From: Bacteroidia bacterium | Lineage (GTDB): Bacteria; Bacteroidota; Bacteroidia; B-17B0; Aurantibacillaceae | NCBI GenBank assembly: GCA_026415195.1 | Contig: JAOAHO010000008.1 | Coordinates: 7,178 to 71,177 of the forward strand | Reading direction: 5' to 3' | DNA: 64,000 nucleotides | In this document: one piece after another, positions 20,519 through 29,011 of the stretch | Numbering within the stretch: position 1 is the first letter of the stretch | How the letters are laid out: every line of letters begins with the position of its first letter | The notes under the pieces: generated by a model | What the model saw: the letters and a program-made list of their open reading frames with translations, nothing else | Told to the model about the DNA's origin: nothing | Database searches by the model: none | Made by a program: the position numbers and the translations under genes

Positions 20519-21556
20519 TTGGCATACTCTGTTTTAAAGCCTTTTTTGTTTTCTCTGGATGCCGAGAAGGCACATCACCTGACCATTAATGCATTGAAAG
20601 TCATACAGCAACATCCTGATTTTTTAAAATTAATTTTTAAGTATAGTGAATATCCACAATTAAAAAGAAAGGTATTTGGTTTGGAATTTAAAAATCCGTT
20701 GGGGCTGGCTGCCGGGCTTGATAAAAATGCTGAAGTATTCGGGGCATTTGCTGCAATGGGGTTTGGTTTTGTTGAGGTAGGGACCATCACCCCTCGTCCT
20801 CAAGAAGGTAACCCAAAGCCCCGTTTGTTCCGATTACCTAAAAATCAAGCCCTGTTGAACAGGATGGGGTTTAATAATGTGGGAGCCGAATTGGCAGCCA
20901 GAAATATTGAAAAAATCTATCACTTAAAAAAATGTGTTTTAGGTATAAACATAGGAAAAAACAAGGATACTCCGAATGAAAAAGCTCATTTGGATTACGG
21001 AAAGTGTATTGAATATTTACATCCCTTTGCCGATTATTTCGTCGTAAACGTATCTTCACCCAATACACCTGGACTAAGAAATCTATTGGATAAAGAACCT
21101 TTGAAAATTATCCTTGAAACCGTTCAAAACAGCCTTGCAAAAAATGCCAACAGAAGCATACCGGTTTTGTTAAAAATTTCACCCGATATGGACGAATCGG
21201 TAACAGATGACATTGTGGAAGTGTGCATGGAATTTCGTCTAAGTGGAATTGTTGCCACAAACACCACCCTATCCCGAACAGGTCTTGATAAATATCCCAA
21301 AAGTTATATAGATTCGCTGGGAAGCGGCGGAATAAGTGGCTTACCCATGAAAAAACTGAGTAATAAATGGATTGAAATATTAAAAAGGAAAGTACCTGTT
21401 GGGTTTGCGCTTGTTGGAAGCGGCGGAATTATGAATGCCAGCGATGCCAAAGAAAAACTCAATTCCGGAGCCGATTTGATACAAATTTACACCGGGCTGA
21501 TCTATCGAGGTCCCGGGTTGATTCATGAAATTTTAAATTCATTGCACCATGAATAG
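20519..21556 (+). CDS. pyrD: Quinone-dependent dihydroorotate dehydrogenase
   Basis: 345 aa. The class 2 DHODH N-terminal helix region and the GLAAGLDKN, GFVEVGT.TP and NVSSPNTPGLR motifs are present. The start is TTG. Confidence 0.92.
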   Translation: MAYSVLKPFLFSLDAEKAHHLTINALKVIQQHPDFLKLIFKYSEYPQLKRKVFGLEFKNPLGLAAGLDKNAEVFGAFAAMGFGFVEVGTITPRPQEGNPKPRLFRLPKNQALLNRMGFNNVGAELAARNIEKIYHLKKCVLGINIGKNKDTPNEKAHLDYGKCIEYLHPFADYFVVNVSSPNTPGLRNLLDKEPLKIILETVQNSLAKNANRSIPVLLKISPDMDESVTDDIVEVCMEFRLSGIVATNTTLSRTGLDKYPKSYIDSLGSGGISGLPMKKLSNKWIEILKRKVPVGFALVGSGGIMNASDAKEKLNSGADLIQIYTGLIYRGPGLIHEILNSLHHE

Positions 21557-22406
21557 TATATGCATTGTGGAATGTCCGAGAGATGCCATGCAGGGAATAA
21601 AAAATTTTATTCCCACTTCCACCAAGATTAAATATCTGAACTTGCTGCTGGAAGTAGGCTTCGACATTCTGGATTGCGGCAGCTTTGTGTCGGCCAAGGC
21701 CATACCTCAGATGCAGGATACCGCTGAAATCATACCTCGTCTTAATATTATAGGTAAAAAAACCAAACTTTTGGTTATTGTAGCCAACTTTCGTGGGGCT
21801 GAAGATGCATGCCAGTTTGATGAAATTTCCTATCTGGGGTTCCCATTTTCAGTTTCAGAAGAATTTCAAAAAAGAAACACCAACAGTTCCCGAGAGGAAT
21901 CATTAAAAAGAGTGGAAGAAATATTAAATGTGTGTGAGAAAAAAAACAAAAAATTGGTGGTTTATTTGTCCATGGCCTTTGGCAACCCGTACGGGGAATT
22001 ATGGTCGCCTGAAATTGTGGTTGAATGGGCATGCAAGCTAAAAAACCTTGGGGTGAATGATTTCAAATTGGCCGACACCATAGGTTGTTCCAATCCTGAA
22101 AACATCAAATCCTTATATAAATTGATTAATAAAGAGCTCCAAAATAATATAGTAGGTGTACACTTGCATTCAACACCTTACCATACGGAGGAAAAAATCG
22201 CGGCAGCCTGGGAGTCGGGGTGTACCGTTTTCGATTCGGCTTTACTGGGATTTGGAGGCTGCCCCATGGCCAAAGAAGAACTTACCGGTAACGTCGCCAC
22301 GGAAATCCTCATTGATTACTTTGAAAACAAAAAAAAACTAATCATTACTCTTGATAAAAATGCCTATTATCGAGCTCTGGAAGAAGCAAAAAAAATTTTC
22401 TTATGA
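21549..22406 (+). CDS. Hydroxymethylglutaryl-CoA lyase
   Basis: 285 aa. The N-terminus IVECPRDAMQG and the DRE-TIM aldolase pattern (LADTIG, HLH) are present. Confidence 0.85.
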   Translation: MNSICIVECPRDAMQGIKNFIPTSTKIKYLNLLLEVGFDILDCGSFVSAKAIPQMQDTAEIIPRLNIIGKKTKLLVIVANFRGAEDACQFDEISYLGFPFSVSEEFQKRNTNSSREESLKRVEEILNVCEKKNKKLVVYLSMAFGNPYGELWSPEIVVEWACKLKNLGVNDFKLADTIGCSNPENIKSLYKLINKELQNNIVGVHLHSTPYHTEEKIAAAWESGCTVFDSALLGFGGCPMAKEELTGNVATEILIDYFENKKKLIITLDKNAYYRALEEAKKIFL

Positions 22407-22427
22407 TACTTTTTCAGTATTAACAAT

Positions 22428-23288
22428 TTGTTTTTTATAAAACCTTTTAATTTTATTTCTGTAAAAAGGTTAAAATTTGGAACTTTATATAATAAGGTGT
22501 TAAGATATCTTATTTTCATATTTTTATTTCAAATAAACATTCGATCGCAGTCTTCGTTGAAAATTTATTTCAATTCTGTTCCTCCTTTAACCAATGCCGA
22601 CACTTTGAAGCCTTCGGGTATTGATTTTGATATTTTAAGTGAATATTTACTGTGGTTAAAAACCAATAAACAGCAAAATTTCACCATCAGTTATAAATTT
22701 ATACAACAAAACATTCAAGGAGTTGTCAAAGAACTTAACGATTTGTCTATAATATGTGGAGGCCAAACTTCACTTTCCATCAATTCAAAAGAGGTGGATT
22801 ATTCAACCCCATACCTGAAAAACATTTCTTTTTGCATTACTAACGGCAATGCACCGGATATTAAATCCAAAAACAAAGATGAAATTATTAGGGCACTAGG
22901 GGCAATGAAGGGGTTAACCGTAGAAAATGCAATCATTGAAAAATGCATGTTGGATCTTAAAAAGCAGTATTTAAAAGATTTAGTCATTGAAAAAACGAAT
23001 AGTCAGATTGAAATTTTGAATCAAATTTCAAAAAATGTTCTGACGTTTGGGTATGTAGATGCAATTGAGTTTTGGTATTTCCTGAAAAATAACCCTACCA
23101 AATTTCTTAAAGTTCAAAAATCCTTAGACCAAAACAAAGAAAATTACGTTTTCATTTTCAAAAAGAACAGCCCTCATAAAAAATGGTTTGATGAATTTAT
23201 GAATGGATTTAAAACCACCCCTCGTTATCGTATTCTGCTTGAAAAACATGTGGGTGGTTTTATGGCACAAAATCTTTCCGTCAAATGA
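22428..23288 (+). CDS. Hypothetical exported protein, possibly with a periplasmic solute-binding (SBP3-like) fold
   Basis: 286 aa with a hydrophobic N-terminus. The start is uncertain (TTG at 22428 or GTG at 22497). The family assignment is weak. Confidence 0.45.
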   Translation: MFFIKPFNFISVKRLKFGTLYNKVLRYLIFIFLFQINIRSQSSLKIYFNSVPPLTNADTLKPSGIDFDILSEYLLWLKTNKQQNFTISYKFIQQNIQGVVKELNDLSIICGGQTSLSINSKEVDYSTPYLKNISFCITNGNAPDIKSKNKDEIIRALGAMKGLTVENAIIEKCMLDLKKQYLKDLVIEKTNSQIEILNQISKNVLTFGYVDAIEFWYFLKNNPTKFLKVQKSLDQNKENYVFIFKKNSPHKKWFDEFMNGFKTTPRYRILLEKHVGGFMAQNLSVK

Positions 23289-23869
23289 TAATAGTAGATA
23301 ATGTGGTGCTGGATGATGCCCTTTTGGATGAATATTTTGTTTGTGATTTGAAGGCCTGCAAAGGGGCATGTTGTGTGGAAGGCGAATCCGGGGCACCGCT
23401 GGAAAAACCGGAAATCAACGAACTTAAAAAAAACTTCAACTTTATTCAGCCCTATCTGGAAAACGAAGGAAAACGTACTATTGCAGAAAAAGGGGTTGCG
23501 GTCGTGGATGACGACGGTGAACTGACCACTCCTTTGGTTTCAAAAAAAGGAGCATGTGTTTATGCCATCAAAAACAATGATGGTATTGTCTCTTGTGCTA
23601 TTGAAAAAGCTTATAATGATAAAAAAATAAATTTTCAAAAACCTATCAGTTGTCACCTCTATCCTATCAGGATTGAACGGAAATATGGTAAGGAATTTTT
23701 ATTTTACCATCGATGGGACATCTGCCAACCTGCATGTGCATGCGGAAAAAAAACGAAATTGCCTCTTGTGCATTTTTTGAAAAATGCCCTAATTCGTAAA
23801 TACGGAAAAAAATGGTTTGATGAACTTGAAAAAATTCTGATATACAGAAAACAGAAAAATGGAAAATAA
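23285..23869 (+). CDS. DUF3109 family Cys-rich protein
   Basis: 194 aa. The N-terminus LDEYFVCDLKACKGACCVEGESGAPL is characteristic of the family. The start overlaps the upstream gene by ATGA. Confidence 0.8.
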   Translation: MIIVDNVVLDDALLDEYFVCDLKACKGACCVEGESGAPLEKPEINELKKNFNFIQPYLENEGKRTIAEKGVAVVDDDGELTTPLVSKKGACVYAIKNNDGIVSCAIEKAYNDKKINFQKPISCHLYPIRIERKYGKEFLFYHRWDICQPACACGKKTKLPLVHFLKNALIRKYGKKWFDELEKILIYRKQKNGK

Positions 23870-24797
23870 AAAAATTCTTATCACTGGTTCAAACGGATTG
23901 CTTGGTCAAAAAATCATATATCAACTTTTGCAATATCCACACGGCTTTGAAATATATGCCACAGGGCGCGGGGAAAACCGATTAGCTGTAAAAAGCGGAT
24001 ACCATTATCATTCAGCCGATCTTACCAACAAAGAAAGTGTGCAGGAATTGATTGGCAAAATCAAACCTCATTGTGTCATCCATACTGCAGCTATGACGAA
24101 CGTGGATGCCTGCGAACTGCAACCGGATGAATGCCGAAAACAAAATGTGGATGCCGTACAATTTTTGATTGACGCATTAGAAAAAATTAAAACCAAATCC
24201 TTCTCCCCGCACTTTATTTTCCTTAGCACTGATTTCATTTTCGACGGAACCCACGGCCCCCTGGATGAAAACGAAAAACCTAATCCCTTAAGCACTTATG
24301 CCCGATCGAAGCTGGATGCAGAAAACATTGTAAGAAATTCAATGCTTGATTGGGCCATTGCAAGAACCGTTCTGGTATATGGTGTCACCGACAATATGAG
24401 CCGTTCCAATATTGTGCTTTGGGTAAAAAACAACCTGGAACAGGGAAAAGAAATTTCGGTTGTAACCGACCAATATCGTACCCCAACATTGGCAGAAGAC
24501 CTGGCCGATGGTTGCATCCGCATTGCTGCTAAAAGAGCCAAAGGAGTATTTAATATCAGCGGGAAAGATTTTATGAACATCTTTGAATTGGCCAAGCGTG
24601 TGGCTCACTATTTTAATTTAGATGAACGTTTGATCAAGCCATCCTTAAGTTCCGATATTAAGCAACCTGCCAAAAGGCCACCTGTCACCGGATTCATTAT
24701 TGAAAAAGCCAGGAAAGAATTGGGATATGAACCCCATACCTTTGAAGAAGGGATCAAAATAATGATGGATCAAATACAATCCCTTAACCCAAAATAA
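23859..24797 (+). CDS. RmlD-like SDR (dTDP-4-dehydrorhamnose reductase family)
   Basis: 312 aa. It has the Rossmann motif ILITGSNGLLG, the catalytic Y..SK (YARSK), and a substrate-binding-domain architecture. Confidence 0.8.
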   Translation: MENKKILITGSNGLLGQKIIYQLLQYPHGFEIYATGRGENRLAVKSGYHYHSADLTNKESVQELIGKIKPHCVIHTAAMTNVDACELQPDECRKQNVDAVQFLIDALEKIKTKSFSPHFIFLSTDFIFDGTHGPLDENEKPNPLSTYARSKLDAENIVRNSMLDWAIARTVLVYGVTDNMSRSNIVLWVKNNLEQGKEISVVTDQYRTPTLAEDLADGCIRIAAKRAKGVFNISGKDFMNIFELAKRVAHYFNLDERLIKPSLSSDIKQPAKRPPVTGFIIEKARKELGYEPHTFEEGIKIMMDQIQSLNPK

Positions 24798-25809
24798 TGA
24801 TACTTGCTCCTCCGGCATAATGATCATGCCGGTTTTCTTCGTAACGTAATCCATATATTTCACGGGTAATTCTCAAAACTTCTTGTTTTAATCTTCCGGA
24901 GCCTTTACCATGAATCACAACAAGTTTTTCATACCCCTGCGTAATAGCTTCATTCAACTTCTGTTCAAAAAAACTCAATTGGTAATTTAAAATTTCAAAA
25001 TCATTTAACTTTTTTTTTTGGATACCTAATTTTTCGGAATGCAAATCAATTTCCATTATGCCCTTTTTTGTCACTAACCGGGTTTTTCCTTCAACGGGGC
25101 TTTCAAAACCACTGAATGCTTTTTCTTTTAATTTTTTCAATATTTCGGAATCCAGTTTTTGCTTTGCATATGTCTCGTTTTCCTCTTCTCTTTTTTTTGT
25201 ATGATCATCCCATTCTTTCAACACAAACAAAAAAACGGAATTCTGAAAACCGGGAATTTTAACCCTCTGAAGATTTTTTAATTTATTTTCATTCAGAAAA
25301 ACCGTTTCGGATAAAGGTGCTATGGGAGCGAACGGAATGCCGGTTTTGTAAAAAAGAATTTCAAATTTCAAACGGTTATACTCCATGAAATCACGAAAAG
25401 AAAATTTACCAACATGAATTTTCTGATAAGCCGAACCGGTATGGTTAAAAATTCTTTTATATTTCGAAGATTCTTCTTCTCTTAAAACGTTTAAATACAA
25501 TGAATAAGAGCTACGATTAACAAGAAAAATATTGAAATTGCTATCAAATTTTATTTCCATCGAATCGGGTTCAATAACCACAAAAACAGAACTTTTTTTA
25601 TCAGTCGGGTAATCATCCTGAAAGTCGGAAAGGTCGGAATGTTTGATTTCCTCATGGCCAACTTTAATCAAAGAATCGGGCGAATAGGGCACTTCAAGTC
25701 CGTTATCCAACTTTACAATAATCAAATCATTTTTAAATCCGCAAACTACACCCTTCCCAACTTCATTTAAAAAACTTACTTTATCGCCTATGCGAAATTC
25801 ACGGATCAT
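24784..25809 (-). CDS. Smr (MutS2-type small nuclease) domain protein with an N-terminal domain of unknown function
   Basis: 341 aa. The C-terminal segment IDLHSEKLG...VVIHGKGSGRLKQEV is an Smr signature. The ATG overlaps the ComEC stop (ATGA). Confidence 0.8.
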   Translation of the reverse strand: MIREFRIGDKVSFLNEVGKGVVCGFKNDLIIVKLDNGLEVPYSPDSLIKVGHEEIKHSDLSDFQDDYPTDKKSSVFVVIEPDSMEIKFDSNFNIFLVNRSSYSLYLNVLREEESSKYKRIFNHTGSAYQKIHVGKFSFRDFMEYNRLKFEILFYKTGIPFAPIAPLSETVFLNENKLKNLQRVKIPGFQNSVFLFVLKEWDDHTKKREEENETYAKQKLDSEILKKLKEKAFSGFESPVEGKTRLVTKKGIMEIDLHSEKLGIQKKKLNDFEILNYQLSFFEQKLNEAITQGYEKLVVIHGKGSGRLKQEVLRITREIYGLRYEENRHDHYAGGASIIILG

Positions 25810-27758
25810 TTTTCACAAAAATAATGATGGTTTTTTTTCAAATAAATAAAGCGTATATTATGATACTTTTCCGCTAATTTTTTTATTAAATTAATTCTTT
25901 TTCTCTTTGTACTCAGTATATAAACCGAATCCAGACCGTTAAAGTTTCTGCTCAGAACAGAATCGTTCAAAAAATAGTTCTTGTCAAAAAATTTAACCTG
26001 CCCGATTTTGCTTTTCATCAAATTCGGAAAATTTGACATGGATAATAAATTTTTTTCTTTTAATGTAAATTCATCATTTAGACATGCATACATTTGATTA
26101 TTGTTTTTAATCAGAAAATGTAATTGTCCTTTATTATTTTCAGCATAAAAAAAACATTTGTATTTGTGTTGATACGATTCCACAATATTGATGAACATCC
26201 AAAGTGTCAATAAAATCAATTTTAACAAAAAGTATTCACGGGTTTTATGATACAAAGCATAAACCAACAGCACAATTATAAAAACAGAAAAAAATATATC
26301 CCAACGCGTAAAATCCAGATGTTTGAGAGAAGTAAACTCAGAATAGCTGGAAAAATATTCCGAAACTCCAATTAAAAACTTACCGAAATACACAGGGATA
26401 TGATGTAAAAATTCCAAAGGTATCAAAACTATTAATATCGACAGCATAAAGACAAAGGATATTGGTACCACTGCAAGGTTCGATAAAAAAGTTATGAACG
26501 TAAAAGATTGAAAGGCCGCAAGAACGAAGGGTAATGTTGTCAGGCTTGCACTAAAGGTAGTAACAAGAGATTCAGCAATAAATTTTCCTATCCTGCTTTT
26601 ATTTTCAATATCTATTGCTTCAAGCACCACCGGATTCAAAAGTAGAAGACCCGCCATGGCTGAAAAACTTAACTGAAAACTAATATTATAAATTAAGAAA
26701 GGATCAAAAATCAATAATACAAGCGCGACAGCCGTGATGGCCAGGAGGGGCTTGGGATGCGTGTCGTAAGGGAAAAAATACAAAGCTTCGACGAGCATAA
26801 ACATCAGGACTGCTCTCAAAACAGGTGCCCCAAAACCACATAAAAAAGAATAAAACATAAGTAATACGGAAATCAGGATAAATCGTGCTTTGCGTGTTAA
26901 TGATAATTTACTAAGCAAAAAATTCATGATTATATAGATAAATCCAACATGCATGCCCGATACCGACAAAATATGAATCACACCCGATTCTGAAAAAACT
27001 GAATAAAGTTCCCTTGATAAAAAACGCTCGTCGCCCACCCACATTGCCAAAGCCAGTGATGCAACATCTTTATTTTTCATCCGCTGATGAATAAAATCCG
27101 CTATTACGTTCCTTAATCTGTTTATTTTATCCCCGATATCAAACTTTTTAGCTTCGGTATTAATCTTTTTCAGGTTATCTTCATAAAAGCAGGCTTGAAG
27201 TAAATATCCGTTTTTCAATTGATGCAAAAAATATTTTTTATTCACTTCATCATAAAAATAAAACAGGTCTTCAGCCTGAATTCGGGCAATCATGTAATCA
27301 TTGAGGTTGATTAATACATCAGATGCAACATGGAATCTGATTTTTCCTTTGAGGGATATGATTTTTCCGCATTTCATCAAACAAATCGACTCTCCCTCCC
27401 AATGGGTATATTTTTCGGCAACACGTTTTTGTTCCTTTACTTTAAAAACCAGTAAGCAGGTATCTTTAATTTGAATATTTTTTTTGATAACCGAAAACTG
27501 TGAACGATGAATATCGTGAAAACATATCCAACCTAGAAAGAGGATAAAAAACAGAACCAGAAAGATAGTATTGTTCTTATTGTTAAAAAAGCCGGCTAAT
27601 ATTAAAAATACAGCCACACAGAATATAAATGCTTCCCCGAAGGGTTGTAATCCATTAAAAAAATCATAAAATTTTTCATTCAAAAAAAAGAATGCATCAT
27701 AAAAAAAGATGGCTAATATCAAAAAAAACAAAAATTTGAAAGAAAGAGGAAATTGCAT
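25806..27758 (-). CDS. ComEC/Rec2 family DNA-uptake channel protein (no metallo-beta-lactamase domain)
   Basis: 650 aa and polytopic. The competence-domain motifs FSESGVIHILSVSGMHVG and FQLSF.AM.GLL are present. No HxHxDH motif occurs anywhere in the ORF. Confidence 0.85.
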   Translation of the reverse strand: MQFPLSFKFLFFLILAIFFYDAFFFLNEKFYDFFNGLQPFGEAFIFCVAVFLILAGFFNNKNNTIFLVLFFILFLGWICFHDIHRSQFSVIKKNIQIKDTCLLVFKVKEQKRVAEKYTHWEGESICLMKCGKIISLKGKIRFHVASDVLINLNDYMIARIQAEDLFYFYDEVNKKYFLHQLKNGYLLQACFYEDNLKKINTEAKKFDIGDKINRLRNVIADFIHQRMKNKDVASLALAMWVGDERFLSRELYSVFSESGVIHILSVSGMHVGFIYIIMNFLLSKLSLTRKARFILISVLLMFYSFLCGFGAPVLRAVLMFMLVEALYFFPYDTHPKPLLAITAVALVLLIFDPFLIYNISFQLSFSAMAGLLLLNPVVLEAIDIENKSRIGKFIAESLVTTFSASLTTLPFVLAAFQSFTFITFLSNLAVVPISFVFMLSILIVLIPLEFLHHIPVYFGKFLIGVSEYFSSYSEFTSLKHLDFTRWDIFFSVFIIVLLVYALYHKTREYFLLKLILLTLWMFINIVESYQHKYKCFFYAENNKGQLHFLIKNNNQMYACLNDEFTLKEKNLLSMSNFPNLMKSKIGQVKFFDKNYFLNDSVLSRNFNGLDSVYILSTKRKRINLIKKLAEKYHNIRFIYLKKNHHYFCEK

Positions 27759-27789
27759 AAATTACATTGTGTTTTCCAAGAAAAGGAAT

Positions 27790-28869
27790 TCACGGATTAA
27801 TTTTATGAACCCACCCGAAGGGGTCGGGAATCAATCCTTTTCGAAGTTGTTTTAAATATCTATCCAATTTAAGTGCAATGGAATTTTCACCGTAATCGGA
27901 GGAAATATGATAATCTTTGTTTTGATAGCCAATTCTTTTGATAGGGGCAATGGTTGCTGCCGTTCCGCATCCGAAGGCCTCGGTTAGGGTGCCTTTTTCA
28001 ATTCCTTCCAGAACTTCGGTAATGGAAATTTTTCTTTCTTCGACGGGAATATTCCAACTTCTGGCAATTGTTATTATACTGTCACGGGTAATTCCGGATA
28101 AGATGGTATCACTGATGGCTGGAGTAATGATTTTTCCGTCCAACACAAACATTAAATTCATGGTTCCGCTTTCCTCAACATATTGATGGGTTTCGCTGTC
28201 CGTCCAGATAACCTGATGATATCCCTTTTCCTGTGCAAGACAGGTGGGATATAAACTCCTTCCGTAATTACCGGAAGCTTTCACATAGCCCACTCCCCCC
28301 TTCACGGCACGGAAATAATTGGTTTCAATTAAGACATTCAGGGGTTCATTGTAATATTTTCCTACAGGGCTGGTAAATATAACAAACTGATAAGTGGAAC
28401 TGGGTCTGACACCGATGGCTTCATCGGTGGCAAATAAAAAAGGACGTATATATAAACTTCCATCTTCCGATGCTGGAATCCACTCACGATCAATCCATAC
28501 CAGGGTTTTCAGTGCTTCAATAAAAAGTTCCTCGGGTACTTCAGGCATAGCCATTCTTTTGGCACCGATATTCATTCTTCTTGCATTCATTTCGGGCCTG
28601 AACAAAAAAACCTCGCCTTTGGAATTTTTGTATGCCTTCATGCCTTCAAAAATGGATTGCCCGTAATGTATGGCGCTGATGGAATAACTCATGCTTACAT
28701 TCTTGAAGGGGCTTATTCCTTTCACATGCCATGCCCCGTCTTTATATTCCGCCACAAACATATGATCACCAAAAAATTTACCAAAAGGTACATGGTTGAG
28801 GTCGATCTCGCCGAGGCGTGATTTATTGGTTAATTCGATGGGGATGGCATAGGGAGAAACAGCGCTCAT
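27790..28869 (-). CDS. ilvE: Branched-chain amino acid aminotransferase
   Basis: 359 aa, fold-type IV PLP enzyme. Blocks such as HYGQSIFEGMKAY and the Lys region (YVKASGNY) are present. Confidence 0.9.
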   Translation of the reverse strand: MSAVSPYAIPIELTNKSRLGEIDLNHVPFGKFFGDHMFVAEYKDGAWHVKGISPFKNVSMSYSISAIHYGQSIFEGMKAYKNSKGEVFLFRPEMNARRMNIGAKRMAMPEVPEELFIEALKTLVWIDREWIPASEDGSLYIRPFLFATDEAIGVRPSSTYQFVIFTSPVGKYYNEPLNVLIETNYFRAVKGGVGYVKASGNYGRSLYPTCLAQEKGYHQVIWTDSETHQYVEESGTMNLMFVLDGKIITPAISDTILSGITRDSIITIARSWNIPVEERKISITEVLEGIEKGTLTEAFGCGTAATIAPIKRIGYQNKDYHISSDYGENSIALKLDRYLKQLRKGLIPDPFGWVHKINP

Positions 28870-28989
28870 AGAATTATTTTTTACGATTGCAATCTAATCA
28901 TAAATTTACAAACAAAAAAACTTAAAACAAAATTTTAAAGCCTATATCAACTTATTTTCCGGTTTAACTTATACTCTCTTAAAATAAAA

Positions 28990-28997
28990 TAACTTTG
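28990..28997 (+). promoter_or_regulatory. Candidate -7 promoter box TAACTTTG upstream of alaS
   Basis: Exact TAnnTTTG match, 14 nt upstream of the alaS ATG. Confidence 0.4.
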
Positions 28998-29011
28998 CAG
29001 CCGGATTACTT

